Below are positions 29,230-38,673 of a stretch of 64,000 nucleotides of DNA, piece by piece. The notes beneath the pieces were generated by a model. The model saw only the letters and a list, made by a program, of their open reading frames with translations, had not been told where the DNA came from and made no database searches. Origin of the DNA: a virus (lineage: Duplodnaviria; Caudoviricetes); the IMG/VR virus record IMGVR_UViG_2840619991_000006, positions 32,001-96,000 of that record; one strand, 5' to 3'. The number at the start of each line of letters is the position of its first letter. Positions within the stretch are counted from its first letter, which is position 1. A program made the translations under genes and the position numbers.

Positions 29230-29230
29230 G

Positions 29231-30157
29231 TCACGCGGTCAAGCGGGCAATCGGAGGCCGGCTCGGATGGAGGATGAACCCTTCGTCAGCCCCCTCGACC
29301 TTGGCGCCGGGGTAAGCGGCAAGGGCGTACTGCATGGCCTGGACGAAGCGCGGCTTGAAGTGCTTCATCTGGTCATAACCGGCGCCGAACTGGCCGTAGA
29401 GGGACGCCCAGGTGATCGGCTGCGGCTTCTGGAGCGAGTGCAGGCGGTAGGCGAGCCAGACATAGAGGTCCAAGCTCAGGCTGCGATCCTTGAGCTGGCG
29501 AATAGCTTCCTCCAGCAAGGGGACTGGATGATCCTGGAGAGCCTGGAAGAACGTCTCGTCAAGCTGGACCAGATCTTCCCAAAGAGAGCCTTGCCGTTCA
29601 TCGGTGGCGTTGTCATGGAAGATCAGGCCGCGCTTGACGATGCCGCCTTTCTCGAACGCATCGGCTTCGGCACCATCCCAGAAGAATTTCAGGCCACATG
29701 CAGAGATGCGAAGGGACTGTTCCCGGAAGCCTTTGAAGGTTTCCCCGCCGACGCTTATCCCCATGCGGGTCAGCCAGTCTCGCATCGAGCGCCCGAGCTC
29801 GACTTCGCGGCGCCCGGTTCGAATCGCTTGTGTCTGGAGGTAGATCAAAATCATGCGGGCTCGGGCGCCGTAGGGGACGCCGAACAGCTTCATCTTGCCG
29901 TTGACCTTTAACCGGCCTGGCTCGACAAGCAGCGTCACCTGATGGCCGCGCTTTTCCCAAGGGGCATCGTCGGCGAGCTTCTTGTGTGGCAGACTGGTGA
30001 GGCAGAAGCCGGAGTAGGTGATGCCCAGGTTCTGGCGGTCATCGGCGAGGATTTCGGCGGCGATGTCGACCAGTGGTCGATCTTCCGGACGCACCATGGC
30101 CCGAGCGACTTCGCGCCCGTGCTTGATGACCAGTTCGTGTATATCGCCCATGACCAT
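29231..30157 (-). CDS. repA: Plasmid replication initiator (RepA_C family)
   Basis: FCLTSLPHK, GVPYGARARMILIYL, LSLDLYVWLAYRL, ITWASLYGQFG. Confidence 0.92.
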   Translation of the reverse strand: MVMGDIHELVIKHGREVARAMVRPEDRPLVDIAAEILADDRQNLGITYSGFCLTSLPHKKLADDAPWEKRGHQVTLLVEPGRLKVNGKMKLFGVPYGARARMILIYLQTQAIRTGRREVELGRSMRDWLTRMGISVGGETFKGFREQSLRISACGLKFFWDGAEADAFEKGGIVKRGLIFHDNATDERQGSLWEDLVQLDETFFQALQDHPVPLLEEAIRQLKDRSLSLDLYVWLAYRLHSLQKPQPITWASLYGQFGAGYDQMKHFKPRFVQAMQYALAAYPGAKVEGADEGFILHPSRPPIARLTA

Positions 30158-30197
30158 CCCTCAACATCTCGCAGCATGCTGCTGGGTGACTGTCCGA

Positions 30198-30495
30198 GAG
30201 TCAATGTGGGGATAAGCGACCAAGCTATTTGTTGGTATTAGGATTCATAACTAGTTGATTCGTCGCTTTACCCCACGGGAAAAACCGAGTCGTGCCGCTT
30301 CTCCCCACGGTGCGGTCGCTTTACCCCATGGGACAAGAGCGTATTGTCGTTCTGATGGTCGCCTTACCCCACGGGAAAACGGAGCTGGTCGCTTCTCCCC
30401 ACGGGATGGAATCTGCGAATCGGGAGGCGAGCTTTGGTCGCTTCTCCCCACACCTCGGAGTCTATATCGTCAGGCAGCCGGGATCGCACGGATTC
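30198..30495. repeat. Replication origin: six 17-bp iterons, AT-rich patch and eight GANTC sites
   Basis: GTCGCTT(TA/CT)CCCCACGG-type repeats at 30262, 30294, 30315, 30358, 30388, 30437. Confidence 0.9.
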
Positions 30496-30557
30496 CGGAA
30501 GGTCAGAGTGCTGATCGATTTCTTCGCGGAGCAGTTTTCGTCGAATTCCGGAACTGG

Positions 30558-30902
30558 TCAGCGAGATGTGGACTGGCCTTTAGTGGCCAAGCGCTGCTCC
30601 TGAAATGCAATGCCCCAGTCCCGCATAGCCATCAATACGGGTGTGAGCGTTTGCCCGAACGGAGTGAGCGAATACTCCACGCGCGGAGGGACCTCGGCGA
30701 ACACTTCCCGGGCGACGATCCCGTCGGCTTCAAGGTCGCGGAGTTGCATCGTGAGAGACCGCTGGCTCGGGTCCCCGACCAGGCGGCGCAACTCGCCGAA
30801 ACGACGTGGACCGTCCAGAAGGCGGTAGATGATCATCGGCTTCCACTTGCCTCCGATGACGTCGACGGTGGATTCGACAGCGCATTTCTGGCCACCTGTC
30901 AT
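30558..30902 (-). CDS. HxlR-family winged-helix regulator
   Basis: CAVESTVDVIGGKWKPMI...RRFGEL...VPPRVEYSLT. Confidence 0.92.
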   Translation of the reverse strand: MTGGQKCAVESTVDVIGGKWKPMIIYRLLDGPRRFGELRRLVGDPSQRSLTMQLRDLEADGIVAREVFAEVPPRVEYSLTPFGQTLTPVLMAMRDWGIAFQEQRLATKGQSTSR

Positions 30903-31013
30903 TGATCGCTCCAATCGTGTACTTTCTATCCCTATAGGCGAAACTGTTGCCTACTTGCAAGTTCGCCTGCGTCGCGCCTAGTTGGAAGCAGACAATTCGA
31001 GAGGTGCATCATC

Positions 31014-32009
31014 ATGCGAGCTGCTTTCTACGACAGACAGGGAACTGCGACGGAAGTGCTGGCGATTGGGGACCTGCCCGATCCGCAGCCGGGAGCCGGG
31101 GAGGTCCGGGTGAGGGTAGTCGCCTCCGGCATCAATCCTTCCGACATCAAGACGAGGACCGGTTTTGGAGGCAAGGCTATGCCGTTCCCGCGGATTGTGC
31201 CGCATCAGGACGGAGCGGGGGTCATTGATGATGTCGGCCCCGGCGTGCCTGAAGAGCGCATCGGCGAGCGGGTCTGGGTCTACATGGCGCAGACGGGGAG
31301 GGCGTTCGGTACCGCGGCCGAATTCGTTGTCGTGCCTTCCGTGCAGGCCGTCAAGCTTGCGGGCAACGTGTCGTTCGAGATCGGCGCGTCCCTCGGCGTC
31401 CCGGCGATGACTGCTCACCGGTGCTTGTTTGCGGACGGTGACCTGCGCGGCAAGCGGGTTCTCGTCCAGGGAGGAGCGGGCGCCGTGGGTAATGCGGCGA
31501 TCCTCCTTGCGAAATGGGCGGGGGCGTGGGTGGCGGCGACGGTGAGCCGCGACGAACAGGCCGATGTCGCGCGAGCGGCCGGTGCCGATCTCGTCGTCAA
31601 CAGGCATGAGGAAAACGTCTCCCAGGCAGTAAGATTTGCGACCGTCGGCCACGGCGTCGACCGCATCGTTGACGTGGACATCGCCGCCAACATTGACTTA
31701 GCGATCGCCTGTCTCGCATGCGACGGCGTCATCTCAGCCTATTCGACGAAATCGCCGGATGCCTCTCTCACAATCCCGTTCTTCCCGGCACTGCTAGGCG
31801 GCTTCTCGTTCCGTTTCGTCTACGTCTACACCATGCCGGAAGCAGCGATGCGGCAGGCGGTCGAGGAGGTCTCCGCCTGTGCCGCGTCCGGGGCATATGC
31901 CCCTCGGATCGCCAAGACATATGATCTCGACGCAGTGGCCGAAGCACACGAGTTCCAGGATAGCGGCAAGGCGGTCGGGAAAATCCTCGTCCAATTGCAG
32001 AACTCGTGA
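31014..32009 (+). CDS. NADPH:quinone oxidoreductase (MDR, zeta-crystallin type)
   Basis: SGINPSD, PHQDGAG, VQGGAGAVG, GKILV. Confidence 0.92.
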   Translation: MRAAFYDRQGTATEVLAIGDLPDPQPGAGEVRVRVVASGINPSDIKTRTGFGGKAMPFPRIVPHQDGAGVIDDVGPGVPEERIGERVWVYMAQTGRAFGTAAEFVVVPSVQAVKLAGNVSFEIGASLGVPAMTAHRCLFADGDLRGKRVLVQGGAGAVGNAAILLAKWAGAWVAATVSRDEQADVARAAGADLVVNRHEENVSQAVRFATVGHGVDRIVDVDIAANIDLAIACLACDGVISAYSTKSPDASLTIPFFPALLGGFSFRFVYVYTMPEAAMRQAVEEVSACAASGAYAPRIAKTYDLDAVAEAHEFQDSGKAVGKILVQLQNS

Positions 32010-32175
32010 CGCGCGCCGTTGACAACCACTCGGCTGCAATCCAGTCGATCCCTAAGCGCCTGCATGCGTGCAGAGTCGGTGCCGTGAAAATAGCCGTGAA
32101 GCCCGTACGGAGTGTCGTTCGCGATGGAAACGGCCTCGTCGTCGCGGTAGGTGATGACCCGTTGATAAGGCAAGA
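32010..32175 (-). pseudogene. Aldehyde dehydrogenase C-terminal remnant
   Basis: ITYRDDEAVSIANDTPYGLHGYF...VVVNG with no N-terminal part. Confidence 0.7.
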
Positions 32176-32614
32176 CGTTTGCAACTGGTTTGCGTCCGCG
32201 CGATGACGCGCGATGCAAAACTTAGAAGTCGGACCCTATTTTGGCAAGGCAGCGCTCAGCGGAGGCGTACGTCACGCAGCAATCCGGAGAAGCATGAAAC
32301 CACTGCCGGCCTTGGATGTTGGCGAAGAGAAGGCTGCCTCAGGTCCTGTCGGTTCACCAGAACGACAAGGGGCATACATGGCTTTCAACCGTCACAGATT
32401 CATCTGAAAGAGGCGAAACGTCATGGTCGATCAAAAGACAGCCCCCATTCGGACCGCCACGCAAGCCCGTCAAGGCAGCACCAAACACGTCGGTCGGTAT
32501 GTGCTTGGGATAAGTCTACCGCTTGCGATTATCGCGATGATAGCCGTTTACATGCTCGTGTTCTGAGCAGCACGGATAATCACTCCCGTATCCTTGTTTT
32601 GTCGGAGAGAGACT

Positions 32615-32899
32615 GTGAGCATTCAATGCCGGTGCCTCCTCATCCGTGAAGGAGAGGCACCCATCTGGAGCGAGAAGGGGTTCCGCTTGCCACCAAGTAG
32701 GGGCGACGGTGTTCAGTTCGAGGAAAATGGAACGCCATTCACGTTCCAGGTCACGGAGATCCTGCACACGCTATCTCTGGATGGTGTGGATTTCGCGCTG
32801 ATCCTCACCGAAGTGCCTGGGTCACGGGGCAAGCCATTCCGGGTATTGTTCGAAGATCAAGCCCGCACCACCGGCACGTCGTCCAGCTCCGTCGTGTAG
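32615..32899 (+). CDS. Hypothetical protein
   Basis: GGAG RBS, GTG start. Confidence 0.4.
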   Translation: MSIQCRCLLIREGEAPIWSEKGFRLPPSRGDGVQFEENGTPFTFQVTEILHTLSLDGVDFALILTEVPGSRGKPFRVLFEDQARTTGTSSSSVV

Positions 32900-34131
32900 G
32901 AGGGCGACCGGCTGTCCTGGCGCATCCGCCAAGCCCGGCCGATGGTAGCCGCCGGCACCAGCGTGTCCCGGCCCATCCGGCTGTTGATCGCGTCCATCGC
33001 CGCCATGAGCCGGGCGCCGCGCGCCCGATCGGCAGCGGCCAGAAGGTCCGGCTGCACCTTGGTCACCGGCACCAGCCCGGTCAGGATCACCCCGGCCTTG
33101 GACATGGCGAACCCGTCGCGCCAGATCCGTTTTGCGCCGGCCGTCGCCGCAGCGATCAGCGCGAAGGTGTCGTCGGTCGCCGGCCGCAGTTCGACGGTCG
33201 CTGCGTTGCTGTAGGTCGGGCCTGGCCGGAAGGGGCTGGTGTGCATGAAGACCTGGAGGGCTTCGGCGGCCAGCCTTTCGGCGCGCAACTTCTCCCCGGC
33301 CCTGGTGGCGTAGGACGCCACCGCCTCCCGCATCGGTTCCCACTCCGTGACCGGCGTCCCGAAGCTGCGGGTTACCGCCGTCGTCTTGCGCGGCGCCGGC
33401 GCCTGATCGAGCGGCAGGCAGGACAGCCCGCGCAGCTCGTAGACGATTCGCTCCCCGACCACGGTCAGCACCTGCCGGGCGCGCCGGGGCTCCATGTCGC
33501 GCAGATCCGCCGCGGTCTTGACGCCCAACATGCCCAGCTTCTCGGCGCTGCGCCGGCCGATCCCCCAGACGTCCTCGACCGGCACCACGCGCAGCACATG
33601 CTCGCGCTCCGATTCGCGGCCAAGGTCGCAGACGCCACTGTCGTCCAGCAGCGCCTTCTTCGCGGCATGATTACTGACCTTGGCGAGCGTCTTGGTCGGC
33701 CCGATCCCGACGCAGGTCGGAATGCCGGTCCACCTTCGGACCGTCGCTCGGATCTCTGCGGCATAAGCCAGCAGGTCCCGGCCCTCGAAGCCGCTCAAAT
33801 CGAGGAACGACTCGTCGATGCTGTAGACCTCCAGCCGCGGGGTAAAGCCGCGCAGGCAGTCCGTCACCCGGGCCGACAGGTCGCCGTACAGCGAGTAGTT
33901 GGAGGACAGCACCCGCACCCGATGTTGGCGGACCAACTCGCGCACCTCGAACAGTGGCTGGCCCATCTTCACGCCCAGGGCCTTCAGCTCGGCAGACCGG
34001 GCGACGAAGCAGCCGTCGTTGTTGCTCAGCACGCCGACCGGGACGCCTTCGAGCCGGGGATCGAAAACCCTTTCGCAGCTCACGTAGAAATTATTGCAGT
34101 CCACCAGTCCGTAGACCCGCGGCGGCGCCAT
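32857..34131 (-). CDS. umuC: Y-family DNA polymerase V subunit UmuC
   Basis: [31 protein letters not shown]. Confidence 0.95.
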   Translation of the reverse strand: MAPPRVYGLVDCNNFYVSCERVFDPRLEGVPVGVLSNNDGCFVARSAELKALGVKMGQPLFEVRELVRQHRVRVLSSNYSLYGDLSARVTDCLRGFTPRLEVYSIDESFLDLSGFEGRDLLAYAAEIRATVRRWTGIPTCVGIGPTKTLAKVSNHAAKKALLDDSGVCDLGRESEREHVLRVVPVEDVWGIGRRSAEKLGMLGVKTAADLRDMEPRRARQVLTVVGERIVYELRGLSCLPLDQAPAPRKTTAVTRSFGTPVTEWEPMREAVASYATRAGEKLRAERLAAEALQVFMHTSPFRPGPTYSNAATVELRPATDDTFALIAAATAGAKRIWRDGFAMSKAGVILTGLVPVTKVQPDLLAAADRARGARLMAAMDAINSRMGRDTLVPAATIGRAWRMRQDSRSPSYTTELDDVPVVRA

Positions 34132-34136
34132 GGCTG

Positions 34137-34565
34137 TCAGCGCCGATGCAGGCGGATGGTGCTCGTGATCACGCCCCAGATTTCAAATTCGGGCCGGTCG
34201 GTGACCTCGACCGGACGGTATGCGGTATCATCCGAGTCCGGCACCAGCCACACGCGGGCACCACGCTTCAGCAGGCGCTTGCACGTCAGTTCGCCATCCA
34301 GCACCGCGACAATCACGTCATCGTGACGCGCGGTCAGCGACCGATCGACAATGGCGAGGTCGCCATCATGGATGCCAGCGCGGACCATGGAATGACCGGA
34401 GACGCGCAAGGTGAAGGTGGCGGAAGGGTGGGGGACCAGCACCTCGGCGAGATCGATCCGGCCTTCCACGTAGTCCGCCGCGGGCGACGGGAATCCCGCC
34501 GGCACCACGGCCTCGACAGACACGACCGGGCATGTCCGCATCACTATCGGCTCTGGCACCTGCAT
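34137..34565 (-). CDS. umuD: UmuD S24 autopeptidase
   Basis: VPAGFPSPA cleavage site, SGHSM, TCKRL. Confidence 0.93.
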   Translation of the reverse strand: MQVPEPIVMRTCPVVSVEAVVPAGFPSPAADYVEGRIDLAEVLVPHPSATFTLRVSGHSMVRAGIHDGDLAIVDRSLTARHDDVIVAVLDGELTCKRLLKRGARVWLVPDSDDTAYRPVEVTDRPEFEIWGVITSTIRLHRR

Positions 34566-34612
34566 GCTCCCCTCCACCCGCCTGACCTTGTTGGGAGGAT
34601 GGCGCGGGAAAA

Positions 34613-34627
34613 GAACTTTTCAAGAAC
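34613..34627. promoter_or_regulatory. Alphaproteobacterial LexA box
   Basis: GAAC-TTTTCAA-GAAC about 50 bp upstream of umuD. Confidence 0.85.
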
Positions 34628-34757
34628 AAAGAGTCGTTGACACCAAAGCTGAGGGCGCGAGTACCGTGACCGACGCCATGCCCGTCCCGGTTCTGGGGCT
34701 GCAACGCTGGCTGGGATATAGTTGGCGGATCAGGAACAGGAGATGGGTTTCCCGGAG

Positions 34758-35426
34758 ATGAAAGTTGACCTCCTTATCGATGGGGAGAACTTCCGCCCAT
34801 CCTATTGGCCGTCGATCAAGGCCGCAGCGATACAGTTGGGCCGGGTGCGCTCCGTGATCGCCTTCTCCTGCATGGAAACAGGTTGGAGTCGGGTTGAGGG
34901 CGTAGAAGTTCGACATACTCCTGACTTGAGTGGGAGAAACGCGGCCGATTTCATGCTGGCGATGCACGCCGCAGTGCTTGCGGAGCGCAAGCGGGTGAAG
35001 TCGGTCATCATTGCTTCTGGCGACGATGGATTCGGGGCCGTAGCTCGGCGCCTCAAGGGGGAGGGAGTGAAGGTGTTTGCCTTCATCCCCCTGACGGATC
35101 GGCTTCCCCGCCGACTCGTCACGAACGCGGATCTGACCGTCGTCCTCCCACCTGTGGACCCGCTGTTGCTGAAGGCGTCGGATTTGGACCTGGATGGCGG
35201 TTGGTCCGCCGACACCGTGCGGTCGGTGCTGGGAATCTGCCCGGCCGACAAGGATGGGTGGATCTCGCTGAAGACGGCTCGTCGCGCGCTGATCGCATCC
35301 GGCCTGATAACCTTGGAGACGAAAAAGTTCATATCTCGCCTGAAGAAAGCGGGGTGCGAAGTCGTGTCGAATGGGCAAACCGGTATGGTCCGGGTGGTTG
35401 CTGAGCCAGCATCTACAGCGACCTGA
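34758..35426 (+). CDS. NYN (PIN-like) RNase with OST-HTH-like C-terminus
   Basis: LLIDGEN, GRNAADFML, IIASGDDGF; DGWISL. Confidence 0.8.
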   Translation: MKVDLLIDGENFRPSYWPSIKAAAIQLGRVRSVIAFSCMETGWSRVEGVEVRHTPDLSGRNAADFMLAMHAAVLAERKRVKSVIIASGDDGFGAVARRLKGEGVKVFAFIPLTDRLPRRLVTNADLTVVLPPVDPLLLKASDLDLDGGWSADTVRSVLGICPADKDGWISLKTARRALIASGLITLETKKFISRLKKAGCEVVSNGQTGMVRVVAEPASTAT

Positions 35427-35429
35427 ACT

Positions 35430-35648
35430 GCTGGCCACCAGAACGAGAACCCAGCTATTGCGATAGGGGGGCAGCGCCTGCTGGTCCGGCCAAGCATCGC
35501 ACAGGATCGGCGTCACGCCGCGGGCGACCAGCTCGCCGCACAGGCGGTCACGCGCGGCGCCCAGCGCCGGGACCAGCGGGCCGGCACCCAGGCTCAGGGT
35601 TTCGACAAGGCGATAGTCGGGCACGGCGGTGCGTGCCGGGAACATGGC
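35430..35648 (-). pseudogene. Probable truncated gene fragment
   Basis: AAAGGA RBS and high GC3 for about 55 codons, then codon quality collapses at the NYN gene boundary. Confidence 0.35.
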
Positions 35649-35864
35649 GTTCACGGTTGGTATCCTTTAATTGAAGATGGGGGTGGGGTAGTTGGACCGC
35701 CGATCTGCAGACATCAGTGCGCAGGATCGATGCGGTTGCGCACCTCGCCAGAACAGATACAGGCGCGAGGGCAGCGCCTACATCGAGGTATTTCCGATAG
35801 CCTCTTGGAATGGGATAGATAAACGCCTCAACGTCCGCTTGTCGTCTCTTCCATGGAGGACGAA

Positions 35865-36371
35865 ATGGACGTTGCTAATTTGATACGATTTGTGCTGACA
35901 CACATTCCTTTGATCACCTTTCTACTGGCGATCATCATTCCAACTCTCAGCCGGTCTGACCGAACCCCGGAAGGCTACCTGTCCTGGCTGCTGCTGCTCG
36001 CCGTTGGCGTTGATGCCCTCTGGGCGGGGCTGTTCCATGTGTTCGCTCCCGAGCGCGCCGCAGCTTTCATCGGATGGACGACAAGCCCGTTTCAGTTCGA
36101 GATCGGCGTCGCCGACATAGCGCTGGGGGTGATGGGGGTGCTCGCCTTCCGGAGATCGCTCGACTTCAAGGCTGCGGTCGTGACCTACGCATCGCTGTTC
36201 TACATCGGCGTGGCGTACGGCCACTTTCATCAGATTTGGGTGGCCGGGAACTATGCGCCTGGGAACGCCGGCATTCTCCTCGTTCTTACCTGCGTCCGGC
36301 CGTTCCTCCTGATCATGCTCCTCATCGCGGCACAACGGAAGGCAGTCCTGGCGATGGTTCTCGGGAGGTAA
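35865..36371 (+). CDS. DUF6790-like membrane protein
   Basis: IGWTTSPFQFEIGVAD, GHFHQI...GNYAPGNAG. Confidence 0.75.
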   Translation: MDVANLIRFVLTHIPLITFLLAIIIPTLSRSDRTPEGYLSWLLLLAVGVDALWAGLFHVFAPERAAAFIGWTTSPFQFEIGVADIALGVMGVLAFRRSLDFKAAVVTYASLFYIGVAYGHFHQIWVAGNYAPGNAGILLVLTCVRPFLLIMLLIAAQRKAVLAMVLGR

Positions 36372-36495
36372 GGATTGGTTAGCGGAGCGCTTCTGACTCA
36401 CATTTCCCAGGAGCGCCGAGGCGATCCCGAAAACAGTCCGCATTGGCTCGGCCTTGAACTGGAGAGACGGCGGCCCGGCCATGGTCAAGCCGGTG

Positions 36496-36729
36496 TTATC
36501 TCTTCTCCGGTCCCAGCACTCGTTCACGCTCGTGGATCAGCAGCGCGAGAGCCGCCTGGACGATTCCCTCCCTGGGGATGTCGCTCAACTCCAACTCCCG
36601 GACGGCTTGCTGGACATATTGGGAGACCGCTCGCTCGGCCTGCTCTGGGGGCATTCCGGCGAGTGTAACCGCCAAGCGCTCCGCCACCGGCTTCATGGCT
36701 ACGGCAACGATGGCATCGTTCGGTGTCAT
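36496..36729 (-). CDS. Hypothetical protein
   Basis: GAGGAGG RBS, helical composition. Confidence 0.55.
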   Translation of the reverse strand: MTPNDAIVAVAMKPVAERLAVTLAGMPPEQAERAVSQYVQQAVRELELSDIPREGIVQAALALLIHERERVLGPEKR

Positions 36730-37314
36730 GGAGCGGCCTCCTCACGGGCTTCCTGGTTGCTCAATCTACTTTCAGTTTAGCGACAGCGAGGCAGTGAAGT
36801 GTAGAGGGTTGATTCGCGTGGTTTCAACTGCGTGCGAGCGGGCCGACCAAGCAGCCCACTCCATAGGGACGATCTCAGCACCCACCAGAGAAGCCAATCC
36901 AGCGCGGAACACTCATGGCCTCAGATATGGCGGGAACGCTCAACAGCGCACATACCTGGGAGTGCAATTTTTGGCTGTGATATTTTGACAGAAGCTCAAT
37001 TTCGACTCGACGGTTCTTGGGTTATGGCCTTACCCCTTTTTCGCAGAGCAAGACATTTCAGGAACGGCCATGTGCCATTATGTTTCGTCAGCGTGCAACT
37101 CGGCTTGTCGAGCACTCAAGACGTTGCGAGAGCACAATCAAGCCGCCATCGGCTTTGAAGCCCGGGAATACCTGATTGGTGTTGAGCGGTGGATAATAGC
37201 TTGGACATGCCGCACTCCATTCACCATGCAGGAAATTTCTGAGGGCGCCAGTCACCTGCACGAGTGCTCATTATGCCGGGAACAGAAAGGTGAAGAAGGG
37301 GCACGACAAGTCCC

Positions 37315-37848
37315 TTACTTCCGCAGCAGCTTGTCCTTGGCGGCAGACCCGGCGCTGGAGCCGACCCAGTAGGACACCACGGCCGAGGCCATGGTGGTCA
37401 GGGCGCCCAGCATCAGCGTAGCGTTCTGGTCGATCGCACCGGCCGGCTGACTCAGCACCCGGTACAGCACGGCGCCGAACGTCACCAGGACGATGGTCGA
37501 GACAACCGGGGCTCCCCAGGAGATGCGGCTGCCGGCCTTCGCCAGTTCGACCGTCTGGGCGCGGGCGTCGGCCCGGTCCTCGTTGTCCAGCCGCAGCAGC
37601 GCCACGACTTGGTCGCCCTGCTGGCGGTACAGCTCGACCAGCTTCGCCGGATCGTTCTGCACCGCGGCGACGGCCCGCTCGGCATCGGCCGGGGTCTCGA
37701 TCGGTACACCGGTCACGGCCGAGACGACGGACACCGCGGCGTTGCCGACCTTCTGGGCGGTCTCGCCGGTGCCTAGGGCGGCCTTGGCGACCTCGGGCAG
37801 CAGCACCGGGGCCAGGGCGGTGAGGATCGGGATGAGCAGTGGCAGCAT
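37315..37848 (-). CDS. Holin-like membrane protein
   Basis: DRADARA, two C-terminal TMs, SYWVGSSAGSAAKD motif. Confidence 0.7.
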   Translation of the reverse strand: MLPLLIPILTALAPVLLPEVAKAALGTGETAQKVGNAAVSVVSAVTGVPIETPADAERAVAAVQNDPAKLVELYRQQGDQVVALLRLDNEDRADARAQTVELAKAGSRISWGAPVVSTIVLVTFGAVLYRVLSQPAGAIDQNATLMLGALTTMASAVVSYWVGSSAGSAAKDKLLRK

Positions 37849-37972
37849 GATGGATGCCCCTCCTTCGGGCATGAAAAAAGCCGCCTCGGCTGGGCCGGGC
37901 GGCTGATGGGTGAAGGATTGTCAGGATGGAGCGTCAGGCGCATCCTATGTGCACAGGTCAATGGAGCCCGGC

Positions 37973-38224
37973 ATGCCCAAGCCCCAGTACAGCAGCAGGC
38001 TCATGGTCCAGGGATACCTGACACAGGATCAGATCCTGCTCCTGCTGACGGCTGATCCTGGCACCGGGGAAGTCTACACGCAGAGCGCACACGCCCCCTG
38101 CGCGGCCCCGGAGTGGCTCGTGGTGGAGTGCCACGACCGCGGACTGATCACGCCGGGCGACGGGCCGGGCCGGTGGCGCCTCAGCGGTGACGGCTGGGAC
38201 GCCTGGAACGCGCTGCTGGATTGA
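37973..38224 (+). CDS. Small winged-helix-like hypothetical protein
   Basis: GGAG RBS; DRGLITPG...WRLSGDGW. Confidence 0.55.
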   Translation: MPKPQYSSRLMVQGYLTQDQILLLLTADPGTGEVYTQSAHAPCAAPEWLVVECHDRGLITPGDGPGRWRLSGDGWDAWNALLD

Positions 38225-38481
38225 GGCCGGAACGGGGCAGTCAATCCAGCTCGTCCGCTGGGATGCCCAACATGGTTAGAAAAGAACGCATAGAGCGATA
38301 CATCAGGACAGACCATTGAAGACGATCACGTCTTCACTTTTGCGGTATCCAGTTGAGCGACGTATTAGGTGATAAGGTTACAAAAATATAAAGGTCGCCG
38401 CGCATCGCACGACGACCCTTGACGTTCATCATGTCACTTACTGTAGAGCGCTATCGCAATGTTGCGATGCAAAAAATCTAA

Positions 38482-38673
38482 TCAGCGGCGCCCTACTGCA
38501 AGGATACCGCTACGGTCAAGCTGCTGAACGAGTTCAGCCTTGACACGATCGGCCTTCACCTGCACGAAAGTAACAACGTCACCCTCTTTACCTTCTTTTG
38601 TATTAACCAGATCGCTCCAGGTGTCCGTATCGTGCTGGAGAAACACAAAGTCCAACTGGCGCTTAGGTTCCAT
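38482..38673 (-). CDS. 63-aa protein coupled to the deaminase
   Basis: GGAG RBS, start overlaps deaminase stop, same low GC. Confidence 0.55.
   Translation of the reverse strand: MEPKRQLDFVFLQHDTDTWSDLVNTKEGKEGDVVTFVQVKADRVKAELVQQLDRSGILAVGRR

Noticed and set aside
30262-30453. Repeat array as CRISPR
   Set aside because: 17-bp repeats with irregular 4-32 bp spacing next to repA and no cas genes: iterons
34620-35654. 344-aa minus-strand ORF
   Set aside because: Only the first ~55 codons look coding; the rest is antisense to the NYN gene
36780-37310. Low-GC stretch with short ORFs
   Set aside because: No convincing RBS, motif or structure; left unannotated
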